DNA of 64,000 nucleotides, from the NCBI GenBank assembly GCA_964371555.1, contig CAYJMQ010000003.1:1290-65289 (forward strand), written 5' to 3'. This document shows positions 47,377 through 59,683 of the stretch, one piece after another. Below the pieces are notes generated by a model, which saw only the letters and a program-made list of their open reading frames with translations, had not been told where the DNA came from and did not search any database. The translations under genes and the position numbers were made by a program. This stretch comes from an uncultured bacterium. GTDB lineage: Bacteria; Bdellovibrionota; JACOXK01; 2-02-FULL-40-11. Numbering within the stretch: the first letter of the stretch is position 1; the number at the start of each line of letters is the position of its first letter.

Positions 47377-48234
47377 ATGAGAATTGTCGTCATTACCGGA
47401 ATGTCGGGCGCGGGGAAAAGCACGGCGCTTAAAGCCATGGAAGATATCGGCTATTTTTGCGTCGATAACCTCCCCTTTGCGGTGCTTCCCAAATTTTTGG
47501 AACTGACCCGGAGTTCTCAACAGGAGGTTTCAAAAATCGCGTTGATGATCGATGTCAGGTCGAAAGATCTGAAAGAAAGTCATTTTTCGGATCTAAAATT
47601 ACGCGCCTCCCAGGGGGACGAGGTTGAAATTGTGTTTCTCGAAGCCTCTGATGAAATCATTCTTCGCCGCTTCCAGATGACAAGGCGCAGGCATCCGTGG
47701 CCGGGCAATCTTTCCGTGACCGAGGCGGTGCAGCAGGAGAGAAGGCTCTTTGCCCCGCTTAAAAAATTTGCCGATCTTGTGCTGGATACCTCTGATATCC
47801 ATGTTCATCAGTTAAGGGGGTTGATTCAGGAGCGGTTTTCAAAAGTCCCTGGAAAATCGCTTGAACTTCAGGTGGCTCTCTACTCTTTTGGGTACAGTTT
47901 TGGGATTCCCCCCGACGCCGATCTTGTGATCGATGTTCGTTTTTTGCCAAATCCCTTCTTTATAGAGGGGCTTAAAGATCATACGGGAGACTCCCCGCAG
48001 GTTGTTGAATATCTTCTGACTCAGGAGAAGACGCTTTCATTTCTTAAAAAATTTTATGATCTTCTCGACTATCTGATCCCCTTATATAAAGATGAAGGAA
48101 AGTCATATTTCACGATTGCGATCGGCTGCACCGGCGGCCGCCATCGTTCAGTCATGATCGCGAATCAAATCGGCGATTATCTTTTGAAAAAGGATATTCC
48201 GGTTCAGATGAAGCATCGGGATATTTCGAAATAA
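47377..48234 (+). CDS. rapZ: RNase adapter protein RapZ (YhbJ).
   Basis: MRIVVITGMSGAGKSTALKAMEDIGYFCVDNLP is the canonical RapZ N-terminus. Confidence 0.85.
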   Translation: MRIVVITGMSGAGKSTALKAMEDIGYFCVDNLPFAVLPKFLELTRSSQQEVSKIALMIDVRSKDLKESHFSDLKLRASQGDEVEIVFLEASDEIILRRFQMTRRRHPWPGNLSVTEAVQQERRLFAPLKKFADLVLDTSDIHVHQLRGLIQERFSKVPGKSLELQVALYSFGYSFGIPPDADLVIDVRFLPNPFFIEGLKDHTGDSPQVVEYLLTQEKTLSFLKKFYDLLDYLIPLYKDEGKSYFTIAIGCTGGRHRSVMIANQIGDYLLKKDIPVQMKHRDISK

Positions 48235-48286
48235 CTTGACATAACCCGTATCCGAAATTACGGTCTATTTTTAAAGGAGACACTCT

Positions 48287-49483
48287 ATGAGTCGTGAACG
48301 GGTTTTATTTACTTCGGAATCTGTGACAGAAGGGCATCCGGATAAAATGTGCGATCAAATTTCTGACGCGGTTTTGGATGCGTATCTTGAAAAAGACAAA
48401 CATGCGCGTGTGGCGTGCGAGGTGCTGGCCTCCAAAGATGTGGTGATGGTTGCCGGAGAAGTGACGTCAAAAGCCTTTGTCGATATTCCACAGCTTGTGA
48501 GAGAAACTGTTAAAGAGATTGGCTACGATGATCCCGCCATCGGATTTGATTATAAAACCTGTTCAGTGTTGACCTCTCTTGGCAAACAATCCCCTGATAT
48601 CTCTCAGGGGGTGACCGAAGGCGAAGGGCTTTTTAAAGAGCAGGGGGCGGGTGATCAGGGACTGATGTTCGGTTACGCGTGCAATGAGACCGATGTATTG
48701 ATGCCGATGTCGATTCTTTACGCCCATTATTTAACAAAGGCGTTGTCGGATGCGCGTCGAACCCGAAAGCTCCCTTTTTTGAGACCCGATGGAAAATCAC
48801 AGGTGACCGTTGAATATCGGGAGGGGGTTCCTGTCCGGATAGATACCGTTGTTATCTCAGCGCAGCACGATGAAAAAGTTTCCCGTAAAGATCTGAAAGA
48901 GGGGATTATGGATGAGGTTATTAAAAAATCGATTCCAGAGAGATATTTGGATTCGCAAACCAAATATTTCATAAATCCGACCGGGCGATTTGTGGTTGGG
49001 GGTCCGACGGGCGATGCCGGTCTTACGGGACGAAAAATTATTGTCGACAGCTATGGCGGACATGGAAGTCATGGCGGAGGATGTTTCTCAGGGAAAGATC
49101 CGACAAAAGTCGATCGTTCGGCCTGTTACATGGGGCGCTACATTGCAAAAAATATTGTGGCGGCAAAGCTGGCAGATCGCTGCCTGGTTCAGCTTGCTTA
49201 CGCAATCGGTATTGCTGATCCGATTTCGGTTTATATCAACGATTTTGGAATAGCAACGGCGCCAGGTCAAAAATTGCCAGGTCAAAAATTGCCAGATCAA
49301 AAATTGGAAGAAGCAGTCCGGGAGATTTTTCCTTTAAAACCGAAGGAAATCATTCGAACCTTAAATCTCTCCCGGCCGATCTATAAGAAAACCGCTTCAT
49401 TTGGGCATTTCGGACGCACAGAACCTGAGTTTACATGGGAAAAAACAGACAGGGTCAAAGATCTTCAGCGGCTTGTTCCGTAA
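48287..49483 (+). CDS. metK: S-adenosylmethionine synthetase, with an in-frame tandem-repeat insertion near the C-terminus.
   Basis: [24 protein letters not shown] and [16 protein letters not shown](A) motifs. An extra [16 protein letters not shown] segment is present. Confidence 0.9.
   Translation: MSRERVLFTSESVTEGHPDKMCDQISDAVLDAYLEKDKHARVACEVLASKDVVMVAGEVTSKAFVDIPQLVRETVKEIGYDDPAIGFDYKTCSVLTSLGKQSPDISQGVTEGEGLFKEQGAGDQGLMFGYACNETDVLMPMSILYAHYLTKALSDARRTRKLPFLRPDGKSQVTVEYREGVPVRIDTVVISAQHDEKVSRKDLKEGIMDEVIKKSIPERYLDSQTKYFINPTGRFVVGGPTGDAGLTGRKIIVDSYGGHGSHGGGCFSGKDPTKVDRSACYMGRYIAKNIVAAKLADRCLVQLAYAIGIADPISVYINDFGIATAPGQKLPGQKLPDQKLEEAVREIFPLKPKEIIRTLNLSRPIYKKTASFGHFGRTEPEFTWEKTDRVKDLQRLVP
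49262..49306 (+). repeat. Three tandem 15-nt units (CCAGGTCAAAAATTG x2, CCAGATCAAAAATTG) in frame within metK.
   Basis: Direct reading of the sequence. Encodes [15 protein letters not shown]. Confidence 0.9.
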
Positions 49484-49488
49484 ACGCC

Positions 49489-50745
49489 ATGCATTATGAC
49501 GTGAAAGATCTTGAGCTGGCTGATGGGGGACGCCAGCGGATTGATTGGGCGGGCAAAGATATGCCTGTGCTTCTTTCTGTTCGCGAGCGTTTTCTAAAAG
49601 AGCGGCCTCTGGAAGGATTGCGCCTTGCGGCCTGTTTACATGTGACGGCTGAAACGGCGAATTTGATGAGGGTTCTGAAAGTTGGAGGGGCAGAGGTTGT
49701 GCTCTGCGCTTCGAATCCGTTAAGTACGCAGGATGATGTTTCAGCCTCTCTTGTAAAACACGATGAGATTTCGGTTTTTGCCATCAAAGGGGAAGATCAG
49801 AAAACTTACTATCAGCATATTGAAACAACGCTCGATCAACGACCGATGCTTACGATGGATGATGGGGCTGATCTCGTTTCAACACTCCACACAAAGAAAA
49901 AAGGGCTCATTGAGGGGGTAGTGGGAGGGACAGAAGAAACGACAACCGGGGTCATTCGCTTAAAAAGCATGGCCCGAACGGGGGTGCTCAGATATCCGAT
50001 TATCGCCGTGAATGACGCTATGACAAAGCATCTCTTTGATAACCGCTACGGCACAGGCCAGAGCACAATCGACGGAATTATTCGCGCGACGAATAAACTA
50101 ATTGCCGGATCCACATTTGTCGTAAGCGGCTACGGCATGTGTGGTCGTGGGCTTGCCCAGCGTGCCAGAGGGATGGGTGCCCGTGTGATTGTGACGGAAG
50201 TGAACCCCCTGATCGCGCTCGAAGCTGTGATGGATGGATATGGTGTGATGCCGATGACTGAAGCGATCCCATTGGGCGATTTTTTCTGTACGGTGACGGG
50301 CGATATTCATGTCATTCGGCGCGAACATTTTGAAAAAATGAAAGACGGCGTGATTGTCTGCAACTCCGGTCATTTCAATGTGGAGCTCGATCTTCACGAT
50401 TTGGCAAAGATTTCCAAAAACAGAAAGAAGGTCCGTGAGTTTGTGGAAGAGTTTACGCTTTCAAATGGAAAAAGAATTTATGTGCTTGCCGAAGGGCGTC
50501 TTGTGAATCTCAGCGCCGCAGAAGGGCATCCCGCAAGCGTCATGGATATGAGTTTTTCAAACCAGGCGCTCTGTAGTGAATATATTGCCAAACATCGCGG
50601 AGATCTTAAACCCCAGGTCTACCAGGTTCCCGAAGAGATCGACCGGAATATTGCCAAATTAAAGCTTCGATCGATGGGGATCCGGATCGACGAACTCACC
50701 TCCGAGCAAACGAAGTATTTACATTCGTGGGAGCTGGGGACTTGA
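49489..50745 (+). CDS. ahcY: Adenosylhomocysteinase.
   Basis: [22 protein letters not shown]-terminus and the NAD-binding [24 protein letters not shown]. The ATG lies 5 nt after the metK stop. Confidence 0.9.
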   Translation: MHYDVKDLELADGGRQRIDWAGKDMPVLLSVRERFLKERPLEGLRLAACLHVTAETANLMRVLKVGGAEVVLCASNPLSTQDDVSASLVKHDEISVFAIKGEDQKTYYQHIETTLDQRPMLTMDDGADLVSTLHTKKKGLIEGVVGGTEETTTGVIRLKSMARTGVLRYPIIAVNDAMTKHLFDNRYGTGQSTIDGIIRATNKLIAGSTFVVSGYGMCGRGLAQRARGMGARVIVTEVNPLIALEAVMDGYGVMPMTEAIPLGDFFCTVTGDIHVIRREHFEKMKDGVIVCNSGHFNVELDLHDLAKISKNRKKVREFVEEFTLSNGKRIYVLAEGRLVNLSAAEGHPASVMDMSFSNQALCSEYIAKHRGDLKPQVYQVPEEIDRNIAKLKLRSMGIRIDELTSEQTKYLHSWELGT

Positions 50746-50760
50746 AGGCACTATAAATAG

Positions 50761-50789
50761 TTGAAAGCCTTGTTTATTTGCCCTATACT
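50761..50789 (+). promoter_or_regulatory. Promoter upstream of clpP. TTGAAA-N17-TATACT (sigma-70-like), also readable as a sigma-32-like TTGAAA-N14-CCCTATAC.
   Basis: TTGAAA 50761-50766, CCCTATACT 50781-50789. The clpP ATG is at 50799. Confidence 0.4.
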
Positions 50790-50798
50790 AAAACCACA

Positions 50799-51398
50799 AT
50801 GTCACTCATTCCGATCGTAGTAGAACAGACAGCCAGAGGGGAACGAGCCTTCGATATCTTTTCCCGATTGCTGAAGGATCGCATTGTTTTCATCGGTTCC
50901 CCGATCGATGATGAAATTTCAAATCTCATCATAGCTCAAATGCTTTTCCTCGAAGCCGACGATCCCGATAAAGAGATCAGCCTCTATATCAATTCACCGG
51001 GGGGATCTGTGACGGCCGGTCTTGCGATTTATGATGTTATGCAATACATCAAATCCGATGTGTCAACCTACTGTATAGGAATGGCCGCGAGCATGGGGGC
51101 GCTCCTTCTGGGGGCTGGCCAGAAGAAAAAGCGATTTGCAATGCCGCATTCGCGCATTATGATCCATCAGCCGATGGGGGGGTTTCGGGGGCAAGCCACT
51201 GATATCGATATTCAGGCAAAAGAGATCCTGCTTCTTCGTAAAAAGATCAATGAAATTCTGATGGCACATACGGGACAGACTTATGAAACAATTGAAAAGG
51301 ATACTGAGCGCGACTATTATATGTCCGCTGATGAAGCCGTGAAGTATGGTTTGATTGATCAAATTGTGCGGCATCGTGTGACGGCGCCGAAGAAATAA
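50799..51398 (+). CDS. clpP: ATP-dependent Clp protease proteolytic subunit.
   Basis: [51 protein letters not shown] and [11 protein letters not shown] (catalytic Ser). Confidence 0.9.
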   Translation: MSLIPIVVEQTARGERAFDIFSRLLKDRIVFIGSPIDDEISNLIIAQMLFLEADDPDKEISLYINSPGGSVTAGLAIYDVMQYIKSDVSTYCIGMAASMGALLLGAGQKKKRFAMPHSRIMIHQPMGGFRGQATDIDIQAKEILLLRKKINEILMAHTGQTYETIEKDTERDYYMSADEAVKYGLIDQIVRHRVTAPKK

Positions 51399-51412
51399 AC
51401 AGGAGATTTATT

Positions 51413-52726
51413 ATGACAAACAATCGAAAACGCGGCGATGAGTTTGGGAATCTCTATTGTTCTTTTTGTGGAAAAAGTCAAAAAGAGGTCAAGAAGCTGA
51501 TTGCAGGGCCGACGGTTTACATCTGTGATGAATGTATTGACCTCTGTAACGATATCATTTCGGAAGAGGGGGCGCGTGAACAGGGGCGTATTGGCGAGAT
51601 AGCGCTCCCAAAACCCGCCGAAATCAAAGCGTCGCTCGATGAATATGTGATCGGCCAGGAGCGCGCCAAAAAAATACTTTCTGTCGCTGTTTATAATCAC
51701 TACAAAAGAATCAATGAAAAAAAAATGGGGGGGGATGTCGAGCTTCAAAAGAGCAATATTTTGCTGGTTGGCCCCACCGGCAGCGGAAAGACACTGCTTG
51801 CGCAGACACTTGCCCGGATCTTAAAAGTTCCTTTTACCATTGTCGATGCCACGACCCTTACGGAGGCGGGTTATGTTGGAGAAGATGTGGAGAACATCAT
51901 TCTTTATCTGCTCCAGAATGCGGAATTCGATATTGAGAAGGCAAGCAAGGGGATTGTTTATGTCGATGAGGTCGACAAACTTGCCCGAAAAGGCGAAAAT
52001 CCGTCGATTACGCGGGATGTTTCCGGCGAAGGGGTTCAGCAGGCGCTCTTGAAGCTCATGGAGGGGACAATCGCAAATGTCCCTCCAAAGGGGGGGAGAA
52101 AACATCCGCAGCAGGATTTTTTGCAGGTCAATACGACAAACATTTTATTTGTTTTTGGCGGGGCATTTGTGGGGCTTGAAAATATTATTGACGCGCGGAT
52201 TGAAAAGCGACGGATGGGAATCGGCGCCCAGATTAAACCGAAATCACAGAGATCTATGACTGAATCTCTCGAAAAAATTCAAACTGAGGATCTTTTAAGA
52301 TATGGGATGATCCCTGAATTTGTCGGTCGGGTTCCGATTTTGGCCACACTTCATGAACTGAGTGAAGAGGCTTTGATAGAAATTCTGGTAAAGCCCAGAA
52401 ATTCGCTGACCAAGCAATATATGCGCCTCTTTGAGATGGAAAATGTGAAGCTGAGATTTACGCAGGAAGCGCTGGTGGCCGTCGCTGGGGAAGCGGTGAA
52501 AAGAAAAACCGGCGCCCGGGGTCTCAGGGCAATTTTGGAACAGACGATGCTTGATGTCATGTATGAGCTCCCCTCCCTTAAAAATGTCCGGGAATGTGTG
52601 GTAAATGAGGATGTTATTCTAAAGACGGAAAAACCGCTGCTTATTTTTGGCGCTGACAAGGTAAAGGCGGGGATCGATATCAAAGTGACAAAACCGGATG
52701 AAGACAAGGAGGTCGAAAGCGCCTGA
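51413..52726 (+). CDS. clpX: ATP-dependent Clp protease ATP-binding subunit ClpX.
   Basis: Zinc-finger [27 protein letters not shown] and [16 protein letters not shown] Walker A. Confidence 0.9.
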   Translation: MTNNRKRGDEFGNLYCSFCGKSQKEVKKLIAGPTVYICDECIDLCNDIISEEGAREQGRIGEIALPKPAEIKASLDEYVIGQERAKKILSVAVYNHYKRINEKKMGGDVELQKSNILLVGPTGSGKTLLAQTLARILKVPFTIVDATTLTEAGYVGEDVENIILYLLQNAEFDIEKASKGIVYVDEVDKLARKGENPSITRDVSGEGVQQALLKLMEGTIANVPPKGGRKHPQQDFLQVNTTNILFVFGGAFVGLENIIDARIEKRRMGIGAQIKPKSQRSMTESLEKIQTEDLLRYGMIPEFVGRVPILATLHELSEEALIEILVKPRNSLTKQYMRLFEMENVKLRFTQEALVAVAGEAVKRKTGARGLRAILEQTMLDVMYELPSLKNVRECVVNEDVILKTEKPLLIFGADKVKAGIDIKVTKPDEDKEVESA

Positions 52727-55266
52727 TGGTCGACGAAGAAAAAAAAGAGAAAGAAACCCCCGGAAAAGAAATCCCGGAGACCCTGGGGAAAGAGACCCCG
52801 AATCTTTTAAAAGAAAAAGAGGGTCGGCGTTTTGTTGTATCGCTTCTTCCTATCAGGGATATTATTGTATTTCCGCATATGGTTGTGCCGCTCTTTGTTG
52901 GGCGGGAAAAATCGATTCAGGCGCTGGAAGATGCCTTGGCTAAAAAGAAGGATATTCTTCTTGTTGCCCAGAAAAAAGCGAAGACAAATGATCCGACACC
53001 GGAAGAGATTTACAAGGTTGGAACGCTTGGCGCCATTATTCAGCTTTTAAAGCTTCCGGATGGCACGGTAAAGGTTCTCATCGAGGGGCGGAGCCGGGTG
53101 AGGGTCGTTCGATATCTTCATTCTGAAAAATTCTTTGAAGTCGAAGTTGAGCCGATCATTGAGAAGGATCAAAAGGGGGAAAAGGATCAAAAAGGGGCCG
53201 AGATTGAGGCGCTGGTCAGAAGTATCAAAGAGTCTTTTGAAACCTACATTAAACTCAACCGCAAAATTCCGCCCGAGATGCTCATGACAATTTCTGCGAT
53301 CGATAACCCGGGAAAACTCGCGGATACGGTTGTTTCTCATCTCAATCTGAAACTTGAGGATAAACAAGAGATCCTGGAAATTGAATCGCCAGCTCCGCGT
53401 CTTGAAAAATTGGCGGGGTTCATGCAGGGGGAGATCGAGATTCTTCAAATCGAAAGAAGGATCCGAAACCGCGTTAAAAAGCAGATGGAGCGGTCCCAGA
53501 AAGAATATTATCTGAATGAGCAGATGCAGGCGATCCAGAAGGAACTTGGCGAGAGAGATGAATTCAAATCAGAGATCATGGAAATTGAGAAGGCGCTCAG
53601 GCAAAAGAAGCTCTCACAGGAGGCCGGGAAACGCATCAGGAAGGAGCTTAAAAAACTAAAGATGATGTCTCCGATGTCGGCCGAGGCGACCGTGGTGCGG
53701 AATTATATCGATTGGGTCATCTCTTTGCCGTGGGAGAGTTATACGAAAGATAAGACAGACTTGAAAGACGCGAAGAAGATTCTCGATGAAGATCATTATG
53801 GACTTCAGGAGATGAAATCACGGATTTTAGAGCACCTGGCGGTACAGACGCTTTCGAATAAAATCCGGGGCCCTATTTTGTGTCTGGTTGGGCCGCCCGG
53901 GGTTGGAAAGACATCTCTGGCCCGTTCGATTGCGCGAACACTTGGAAGAAAATTTATCCGATGCTCGCTGGGAGGGGTGCGCGATGAGGCTGAAATCCGG
54001 GGACACCGAAAAACTTATATCGGCGCCCTGCCGGGAAAAATTATTCAGTCGATGAAAAAGGCGGGTTCGAATAACCCGGTTTTTCTTCTCGATGAGATTG
54101 ATAAGATGTCGATGGATTTTCGGGGGGATCCGGCATCAGCCCTTCTCGAAGCTCTCGATCCTGAACAGAATGTCGCGTTTGGCGATCATTACCTTGAAAT
54201 CGATTATGATCTGTCGAAGGTTTTGTTTATCCTGACAGCCAATTCCCTTCATAATATTCAGCGCCCTCTCCTTGACCGGATGGAGGTGGTTGCGATTTCA
54301 GGGTATACGGATGAGGAAAAACTCCATATCGCAAAGAATTTTTTAATTACAAAACAGAAAGAACTGAATGGATTGAAAAACCGTGAGATTCATTTTGAAG
54401 ATGAAGCGATTTTAAAGATTATTCACAAATATACGAAAGAGGCGGGGGTACGGAATTTAGAGCGCGAAATTGCCAATATTTTCAGAAAGCTCGCGAAAGA
54501 TATTGTTGAGAAAGGCCATGAGAAGAAGTCAAAACTGGTTATAAAAGAAAAGTTGATCGGAGAGTTTTTGGGGATTGAAAAATACCGATCGATTGGAACG
54601 GAAGCAAGAGACGAAGTAGGCCTTACGAATGGCCTTGCGTGGACCGAGATGGGGGGGGATCTCCTTTCCATTGAATGTACGATCATGCCGGGGAAGGGGA
54701 AATTAACCATTACAGGGAAGCTGGGTGAGGTCATGCAGGAGTCGGCGCGCGCGGCGCTGAGCTATGTGAGGTCCCGCGCCGAACAGTTGGGGCTTGTCAC
54801 CGGTTTTTATCATGAGGTCGATATTCATATCCATGTTCCGGAAGGGGCGATCCCAAAAGACGGGCCTTCTGCCGGAATTACAATGGCGACTTCTCTGACA
54901 TCGGCTTTGCTTCGTGTGCCGGTTAGAAAAGAAATTGCGATGACGGGTGAGATTACCCTTCGGGGGCGTCTGCTCCCGATCGGGGGGTTGAAAGAGAAGC
55001 TTTTGGCGGCTTATCGGGCTGGCATTAAAACGGTATTAATTCCGAAAGATAATTTAAAAGACTTGAAAGATGTGCCGGCTGTTGTGACAAAATCAGTCGA
55101 AATTGCGGCTCTAGAACATATGGATGAGGTTTTAAAGCGCGCCCTTCTTGTAAAAGATCCGGATCAGCTTTTTAAATCCTCTCTCAAGCGTAAGGGGAAG
55201 ACAGACATTTTGCAGCGCCCCAGCTATATTTCACGCCCCATTGTTACAAGCTCATTTCCGCAGTAG
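52726..55266 (+). CDS. lon: Lon protease (LonA).
   Basis: N-domain [16 protein letters not shown]+ [10 protein letters not shown], and a C-terminal protease domain with [15 protein letters not shown] (catalytic Ser). Confidence 0.9.
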   Translation: MVDEEKKEKETPGKEIPETLGKETPNLLKEKEGRRFVVSLLPIRDIIVFPHMVVPLFVGREKSIQALEDALAKKKDILLVAQKKAKTNDPTPEEIYKVGTLGAIIQLLKLPDGTVKVLIEGRSRVRVVRYLHSEKFFEVEVEPIIEKDQKGEKDQKGAEIEALVRSIKESFETYIKLNRKIPPEMLMTISAIDNPGKLADTVVSHLNLKLEDKQEILEIESPAPRLEKLAGFMQGEIEILQIERRIRNRVKKQMERSQKEYYLNEQMQAIQKELGERDEFKSEIMEIEKALRQKKLSQEAGKRIRKELKKLKMMSPMSAEATVVRNYIDWVISLPWESYTKDKTDLKDAKKILDEDHYGLQEMKSRILEHLAVQTLSNKIRGPILCLVGPPGVGKTSLARSIARTLGRKFIRCSLGGVRDEAEIRGHRKTYIGALPGKIIQSMKKAGSNNPVFLLDEIDKMSMDFRGDPASALLEALDPEQNVAFGDHYLEIDYDLSKVLFILTANSLHNIQRPLLDRMEVVAISGYTDEEKLHIAKNFLITKQKELNGLKNREIHFEDEAILKIIHKYTKEAGVRNLEREIANIFRKLAKDIVEKGHEKKSKLVIKEKLIGEFLGIEKYRSIGTEARDEVGLTNGLAWTEMGGDLLSIECTIMPGKGKLTITGKLGEVMQESARAALSYVRSRAEQLGLVTGFYHEVDIHIHVPEGAIPKDGPSAGITMATSLTSALLRVPVRKEIAMTGEITLRGRLLPIGGLKEKLLAAYRAGIKTVLIPKDNLKDLKDVPAVVTKSVEIAALEHMDEVLKRALLVKDPDQLFKSSLKRKGKTDILQRPSYISRPIVTSSFPQ

Positions 55267-55288
55267 AAGCCAGTACTCCGACAGACTC

Positions 55289-55636
55289 CTAGATCCGCTG
55301 ATTGCGACTATCTACGCGAATGACGATAGGCCCTAATCCCCGCGCCTCTTCTTCTGAAACGATCTTGTAACTTGCAATGATAATCAGATCTCCCCGTTTT
55401 GCCTTGTGTGCGGCGGCGCCATTGATGCAGATCATTTTGCTATTCGGCGGGGCTTCAATCGCGTAGGTCGAAAAGCGTTCACCATTTGTGATGTTATAGA
55501 TATCTATTTTTTCATAAAGGAGAATATTTGCCATCTCCATGAGGCTTGCATCTATTGAAATAGAGCCTTCATAGTCGAGATTGGCATCGGTAACTGTTGC
55601 CCTGTGAATTTTGGACTTCAAGACGATCCTAAACAT
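55289..55636 (-). CDS. panD: Aspartate 1-decarboxylase.
   Basis: [29 protein letters not shown] is the PanD pro-enzyme N-terminus, including the G-S cleavage site. Confidence 0.85.
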   Translation of the reverse strand: MFRIVLKSKIHRATVTDANLDYEGSISIDASLMEMANILLYEKIDIYNITNGERFSTYAIEAPPNSKMICINGAAAHKAKRGDLIIIASYKIVSEEEARGLGPIVIRVDSRNQRI

Positions 55637-55725
55637 GGGGATTCGTATATCATCCCCAAAAATTCTTGGCAAGATCGCTCTCTTATAATGGTTGTATTGA
55701 TAAATAAAAAAGAGCTATCCTGATT

Positions 55726-57975
55726 TTGATGCTCAAAACAACACTGGCCATTTTCTTTGTCTCCGCCTCGGCGCTGATGTTTGAAGTTTCACTTTCGCGG
55801 ATGCTTTCAATAGCGCACGGTCAGGAGCTTTCGTATATGGTGATCAGCCTTGCCTTGCTCGGTTATGGCATTGCAACCCCGCTTCTCTCCCGTCTGCGGC
55901 GGGTCAGGGAAGGAGATGCGTCAAAATGGCCGCTCGCATTGTCGATTTCGATTCCGCTGATTCTTGCGATTGCTCATTTTATTTCAGTCGATTCTCAGCG
56001 GTTGGTCTGGGAGTGGGGCCCCTGGTTAAAAGTTTCAGTATTTTATTTTTTATTTACGATTCCATTCCTTTTTGCGGGACTGACTATTGCCTCTCTTCTT
56101 TCAAAAATGCCCGAAAAATCTTTTCTTCTATATTCGGGGGATCTTCTTGGCGCTGGCGTTGGAGCGCTTCTCCCTTTTTTCTTTCTTCCGCTTTCTTCAT
56201 GTTGGATCGCCATCCTTTTGTCATCGGCCGGGGGCGCTCTTCTTTCCAAAAACATGAGAGAAAAAGGGGTGAGTCTCGCCCTCATCGGTGTGGCTTTCTT
56301 TCTCATGGCGCAAAAAAGCGATCGGTTTTTCGAACTGAAGTTTTCTCCGTCGCGCGGTCTGCCGACGGCGCTGCTTGAACCGGGGGCAAAGCTCAAAGAA
56401 ACGCATTGGTCGCCCTGGACGAGAATAGATATTTTCTCCGCCGCGGCGGCGCGCGTTGCGCCAGGGCTTAGCCTCAATTATTTATCAGACATCCCAAAAT
56501 TTGATGGGATCGCTGTCGATGGCGATCAGATTTTTCCAAGAATAAATGACGATCCCAAATATTATGATCTCTCTTTTTTAGACGATCTTCCCCAAGCGCT
56601 TCCTTATGTTCTGATTCCACAACATCCCTCGGTTCTGCTTATTCACACGCAGGGGGGGGTTGAACTCTTTGAAGCGGTCTTTCATCGCGCTTTTGTGGAG
56701 CTGATTGAAAAGGATAAACTCTTTCGGCGCGCGCAATTTCCAACCTATTCCGGATGGCATTTGGTTCCTGTCAGCGGCTATTTAAAGCGGAAAAGACAGC
56801 TCTACGATTTCATTATCATCGGTCATTTGGGAGGGGGCGGGGCGCTCTCTACCGGCATGTCTGCAATGCGTCAGGATTTTAATCTAACGGTTGAGACGCT
56901 AGGGCTTGCGTATCAAAATCTGGCTGATCGCGGTTTTGTTGTGGTTCATCTCTTTCGTCTTCCTCCGGAAAGATTGGAATATCGTCTGCTCAATACAATG
57001 ATTGCAAGTCTAAAAGGGGAAAAAAGAGATCCCTCGAAACATATTGCTATCGTGAGATCCCTTCAGACCTATACGTTTTTGATGAGCCGCAATCCGATAT
57101 CGCCCGAAATTTTTTCGAAAATAAAAGATTTTTGCGATGGGAAGGGATTCGAACTGGTTTATCCCTTAAATGGCAATCTTTTTTCAGATCTCATTGCCGG
57201 AAAAGAAATCGGGACGCCATTTTCTCTGGATCCGATCACCGATGATCGCCCCTTTCCGGAACAATCGCTTCGATTGAGAAACATAAAAAAAATTGTCGCC
57301 GCCGCCAAAGGGCATTGGCAGATCGTATTGGAAGGGGGGGGATGGAGTTTTGCAGTCTTTCTTCAAACGATTCTTGCCTCCATTTTAATTCTGGGTCTTT
57401 CAGGAGCCGCCAGAGGGAGAAGGCATTTGAATCTTTATTTCCTTGCGATCGGCTTCGGTTTTATTTTTGTTGAGATTGGATGGATGCAGAGATTATCCAT
57501 TCTGCTTACGCATCCGGCCCAGGCGGTACCCATTGTTTTGGGAGGGATGCTTCTTGGAAGTGGATTAGGGGCGAAATTAGGGGAATTTATAAAAATAAAA
57601 TCACTTTCGACCATTGCGTGTGTTGTTTCAGCTTTTGTGTCTTTCAACTCGGTATTCTTTTTAAAATACGCGATTGAATTCATTTCAGCTCATCCAGTTA
57701 TATTGGCCCCTTCGTCTCTCATGTTATTTTTTGCGGTGGCATTTTTTGCGGTTCCTCTGGGAATTCCATTTCCAGCTATGCTTTCAACATTAAAGGATCC
57801 GCAAAAAATTGCGTGGTTGTGGGGCGTCAACGCCTGTGCCTCTGTTTGCGGCGCTGTGTTGGCCGCGGCTCTCGCGCCGATGGTCGGTTTTACTTCGATT
57901 TTTTTAATTTCTTTGGGTTTTTATCTTTTGGCGGCGCTTGCATCCGTGCTTTCCCGATCATCGGCACAAATCTGA
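55726..57975 (+). CDS. Large polytopic membrane protein with a central spermidine-synthase-like (class I methyltransferase-fold) domain flanked by TM bundles (tentative).
   Basis: About eight N-terminal and six C-terminal hydrophobic helices. The central soluble region [17 protein letters not shown]...ELIE...YDFIIIG resembles the VLIIGGGDG/EID/DvIivD motifs of aminopropyltransferases. Confidence 0.4.
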   Translation: MMLKTTLAIFFVSASALMFEVSLSRMLSIAHGQELSYMVISLALLGYGIATPLLSRLRRVREGDASKWPLALSISIPLILAIAHFISVDSQRLVWEWGPWLKVSVFYFLFTIPFLFAGLTIASLLSKMPEKSFLLYSGDLLGAGVGALLPFFFLPLSSCWIAILLSSAGGALLSKNMREKGVSLALIGVAFFLMAQKSDRFFELKFSPSRGLPTALLEPGAKLKETHWSPWTRIDIFSAAAARVAPGLSLNYLSDIPKFDGIAVDGDQIFPRINDDPKYYDLSFLDDLPQALPYVLIPQHPSVLLIHTQGGVELFEAVFHRAFVELIEKDKLFRRAQFPTYSGWHLVPVSGYLKRKRQLYDFIIIGHLGGGGALSTGMSAMRQDFNLTVETLGLAYQNLADRGFVVVHLFRLPPERLEYRLLNTMIASLKGEKRDPSKHIAIVRSLQTYTFLMSRNPISPEIFSKIKDFCDGKGFELVYPLNGNLFSDLIAGKEIGTPFSLDPITDDRPFPEQSLRLRNIKKIVAAAKGHWQIVLEGGGWSFAVFLQTILASILILGLSGAARGRRHLNLYFLAIGFGFIFVEIGWMQRLSILLTHPAQAVPIVLGGMLLGSGLGAKLGEFIKIKSLSTIACVVSAFVSFNSVFFLKYAIEFISAHPVILAPSSLMLFFAVAFFAVPLGIPFPAMLSTLKDPQKIAWLWGVNACASVCGAVLAAALAPMVGFTSIFLISLGFYLLAALASVLSRSSAQI

Positions 57976-58663
57976 CATCGGTGAGAACTTTTGAATCAAA
58001 CTGATGCTCGCTTCTTCTTGTCACAAGGACAAGGGATTGATAGTAGACTGTGCTTCCCAATGGCAGAATAAGTTTTCCACCGATTTTAAGCTGTTTCTTT
58101 AAAGGGGGGGGGATATGATTGGCGGCCGCGGTAATCATGATCGCATCAAAAGGGGCATGTTCAGTCCAGCCGTCGTATCCATCGGCCGTCTTTACTTTCA
58201 CATTCGTATAACCCGCTTTTTTGAGATTTGTCTTTGCAAATTGAGAAAGAGAGGCGCGAATTTCAATTGAGTAGACCTCTTTTGTGATTTCGCTCAGGAT
58301 GGCAGCCTGATAGCCGCTTCCTGTTCCGATTTCCAAAACTTTGTCGCTCTCTTTAAGTTTGAGGGCTTCCGTCATCAGCGCGACGACGTAGGGTTGAGAA
58401 ATAGTCTGTCCCTCTCCGATCGGCAGTGGATTATCATCGTACGCGGCGCTCTTCGATTCCTGGAGGGTTGTTACAAATAATTCACGGGGGACTTTTAAAA
58501 AGGCTTTTAATACTTTTTCATTTTGGATATCTCTCCCCCGCAATTGATCTTCGACCATATGCCTGCGGGCTTTTTCATATAATAATTTTTGTGGGATATG
58601 CACTTTCGATTCGGCAAAAGCAGGTATTACAAGAAGGAAAGAGACAAATAGCCAATAAGCCAT
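57890..58663 (-). CDS. pcm: Protein-L-isoaspartate O-methyltransferase with an N-terminal signal peptide.
   Basis: [21 protein letters not shown]-binding motif I and [18 protein letters not shown]-terminus [17 protein letters not shown]. Lys-rich C-terminal tail. Confidence 0.85.
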   Translation of the reverse strand: MAYWLFVSFLLVIPAFAESKVHIPQKLLYEKARRHMVEDQLRGRDIQNEKVLKAFLKVPRELFVTTLQESKSAAYDDNPLPIGEGQTISQPYVVALMTEALKLKESDKVLEIGTGSGYQAAILSEITKEVYSIEIRASLSQFAKTNLKKAGYTNVKVKTADGYDGWTEHAPFDAIMITAAANHIPPPLKKQLKIGGKLILPLGSTVYYQSLVLVTRRSEHQFDSKVLTDVRFVPMIGKARMQAPPKDKNPKKLKKSK

Positions 58664-58753
58664 GATATTTTTCGTAAGAATATGTTTATTTTATAGATAT
58701 TCGTAATGAAAGTCCATTGACGTTTCCTTTTTCTTATTCTTATATACAGATCA

Positions 58754-59683
58754 ATGTCTGCTATTTTGACCGTTCGCGATCTCAGTCATCAGTTTGGGAA
58801 GAGGGAGGCGCTGTTACAGATTGGGTTCAATATTGAGGAGGGGGAAATTTTCGGTTTCCTTGGCCCCAATGGGGGGGGGAAGACGACGCTCTTTCGGATT
58901 TTATCCACCTATTTATATCCGACCGGAACACAATCGAATATTGATCTTTGCGGCATCGATCTTTTAAAAAAACCAAATGAGATTCGAAAAATATTGGGTG
59001 TGGTTTTCCAGTCACCGAGCCTCGATCCAAAACTCACTGTTGAAGAAAACCTCATTCACCAGGGGCATCTTTATCAGCTCTCCGGAAACAAGTTAAAAGA
59101 GCAAATTAAAAAAAATCTCAAAAAATTTGACATCGATGATAGAAAAAAAGATCGGGTGGAGACGCTTTCAGGAGGGTTGAAAAGGCGCGTTGAGATTGCC
59201 AAAGCCCTTCTTCATGAACCGAGGCTGCTTCTCTTTGATGAGCCGACGGCAGGTTTAGACCCTGGCGCGCGGCGGGCATTTTGGGATGATCTTAAAAAAT
59301 TACAAAAAGAAGGAGCAAGCATTCTTGTGACAACGCATTTTATCGAAGAGGCCGAGCGATGCGACCGTGTTGCGATTTTAGATCAGGGGAGATGTGTGGC
59401 TGTCGGCGCCCCTGACTTGCTGAAAAAAGATATAAGAGGGGATGTGATCAGCGTGAAGACCCAAGATACGGCTTTTTTGAAACAGGCGATTGAAGAAAAA
59501 TTTGGAGTCGATGTAAAAATTGTCGATGGGATGCTTCATATTGAAAAACAGGAGGGGTCGGATTTTATGATACTCCTTGTGAAATCTTTTCCTCAAGAGA
59601 TCATTGCTGTTACGATTTCAAAACCATCGCTTGAAGATGTCTTCATTCAAAAAACCGGGCATCGCTTTTTGGAACAGACATGA
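58754..59683 (+). CDS. ABC transporter ATP-binding protein (ABC-2 type).
   Basis: GFLGPNGGGKTTLF Walker A, and LSGGLKRRVEIAKAL. Confidence 0.85.
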   Translation: MSAILTVRDLSHQFGKREALLQIGFNIEEGEIFGFLGPNGGGKTTLFRILSTYLYPTGTQSNIDLCGIDLLKKPNEIRKILGVVFQSPSLDPKLTVEENLIHQGHLYQLSGNKLKEQIKKNLKKFDIDDRKKDRVETLSGGLKRRVEIAKALLHEPRLLLFDEPTAGLDPGARRAFWDDLKKLQKEGASILVTTHFIEEAERCDRVAILDQGRCVAVGAPDLLKKDIRGDVISVKTQDTAFLKQAIEEKFGVDVKIVDGMLHIEKQEGSDFMILLVKSFPQEIIAVTISKPSLEDVFIQKTGHRFLEQT

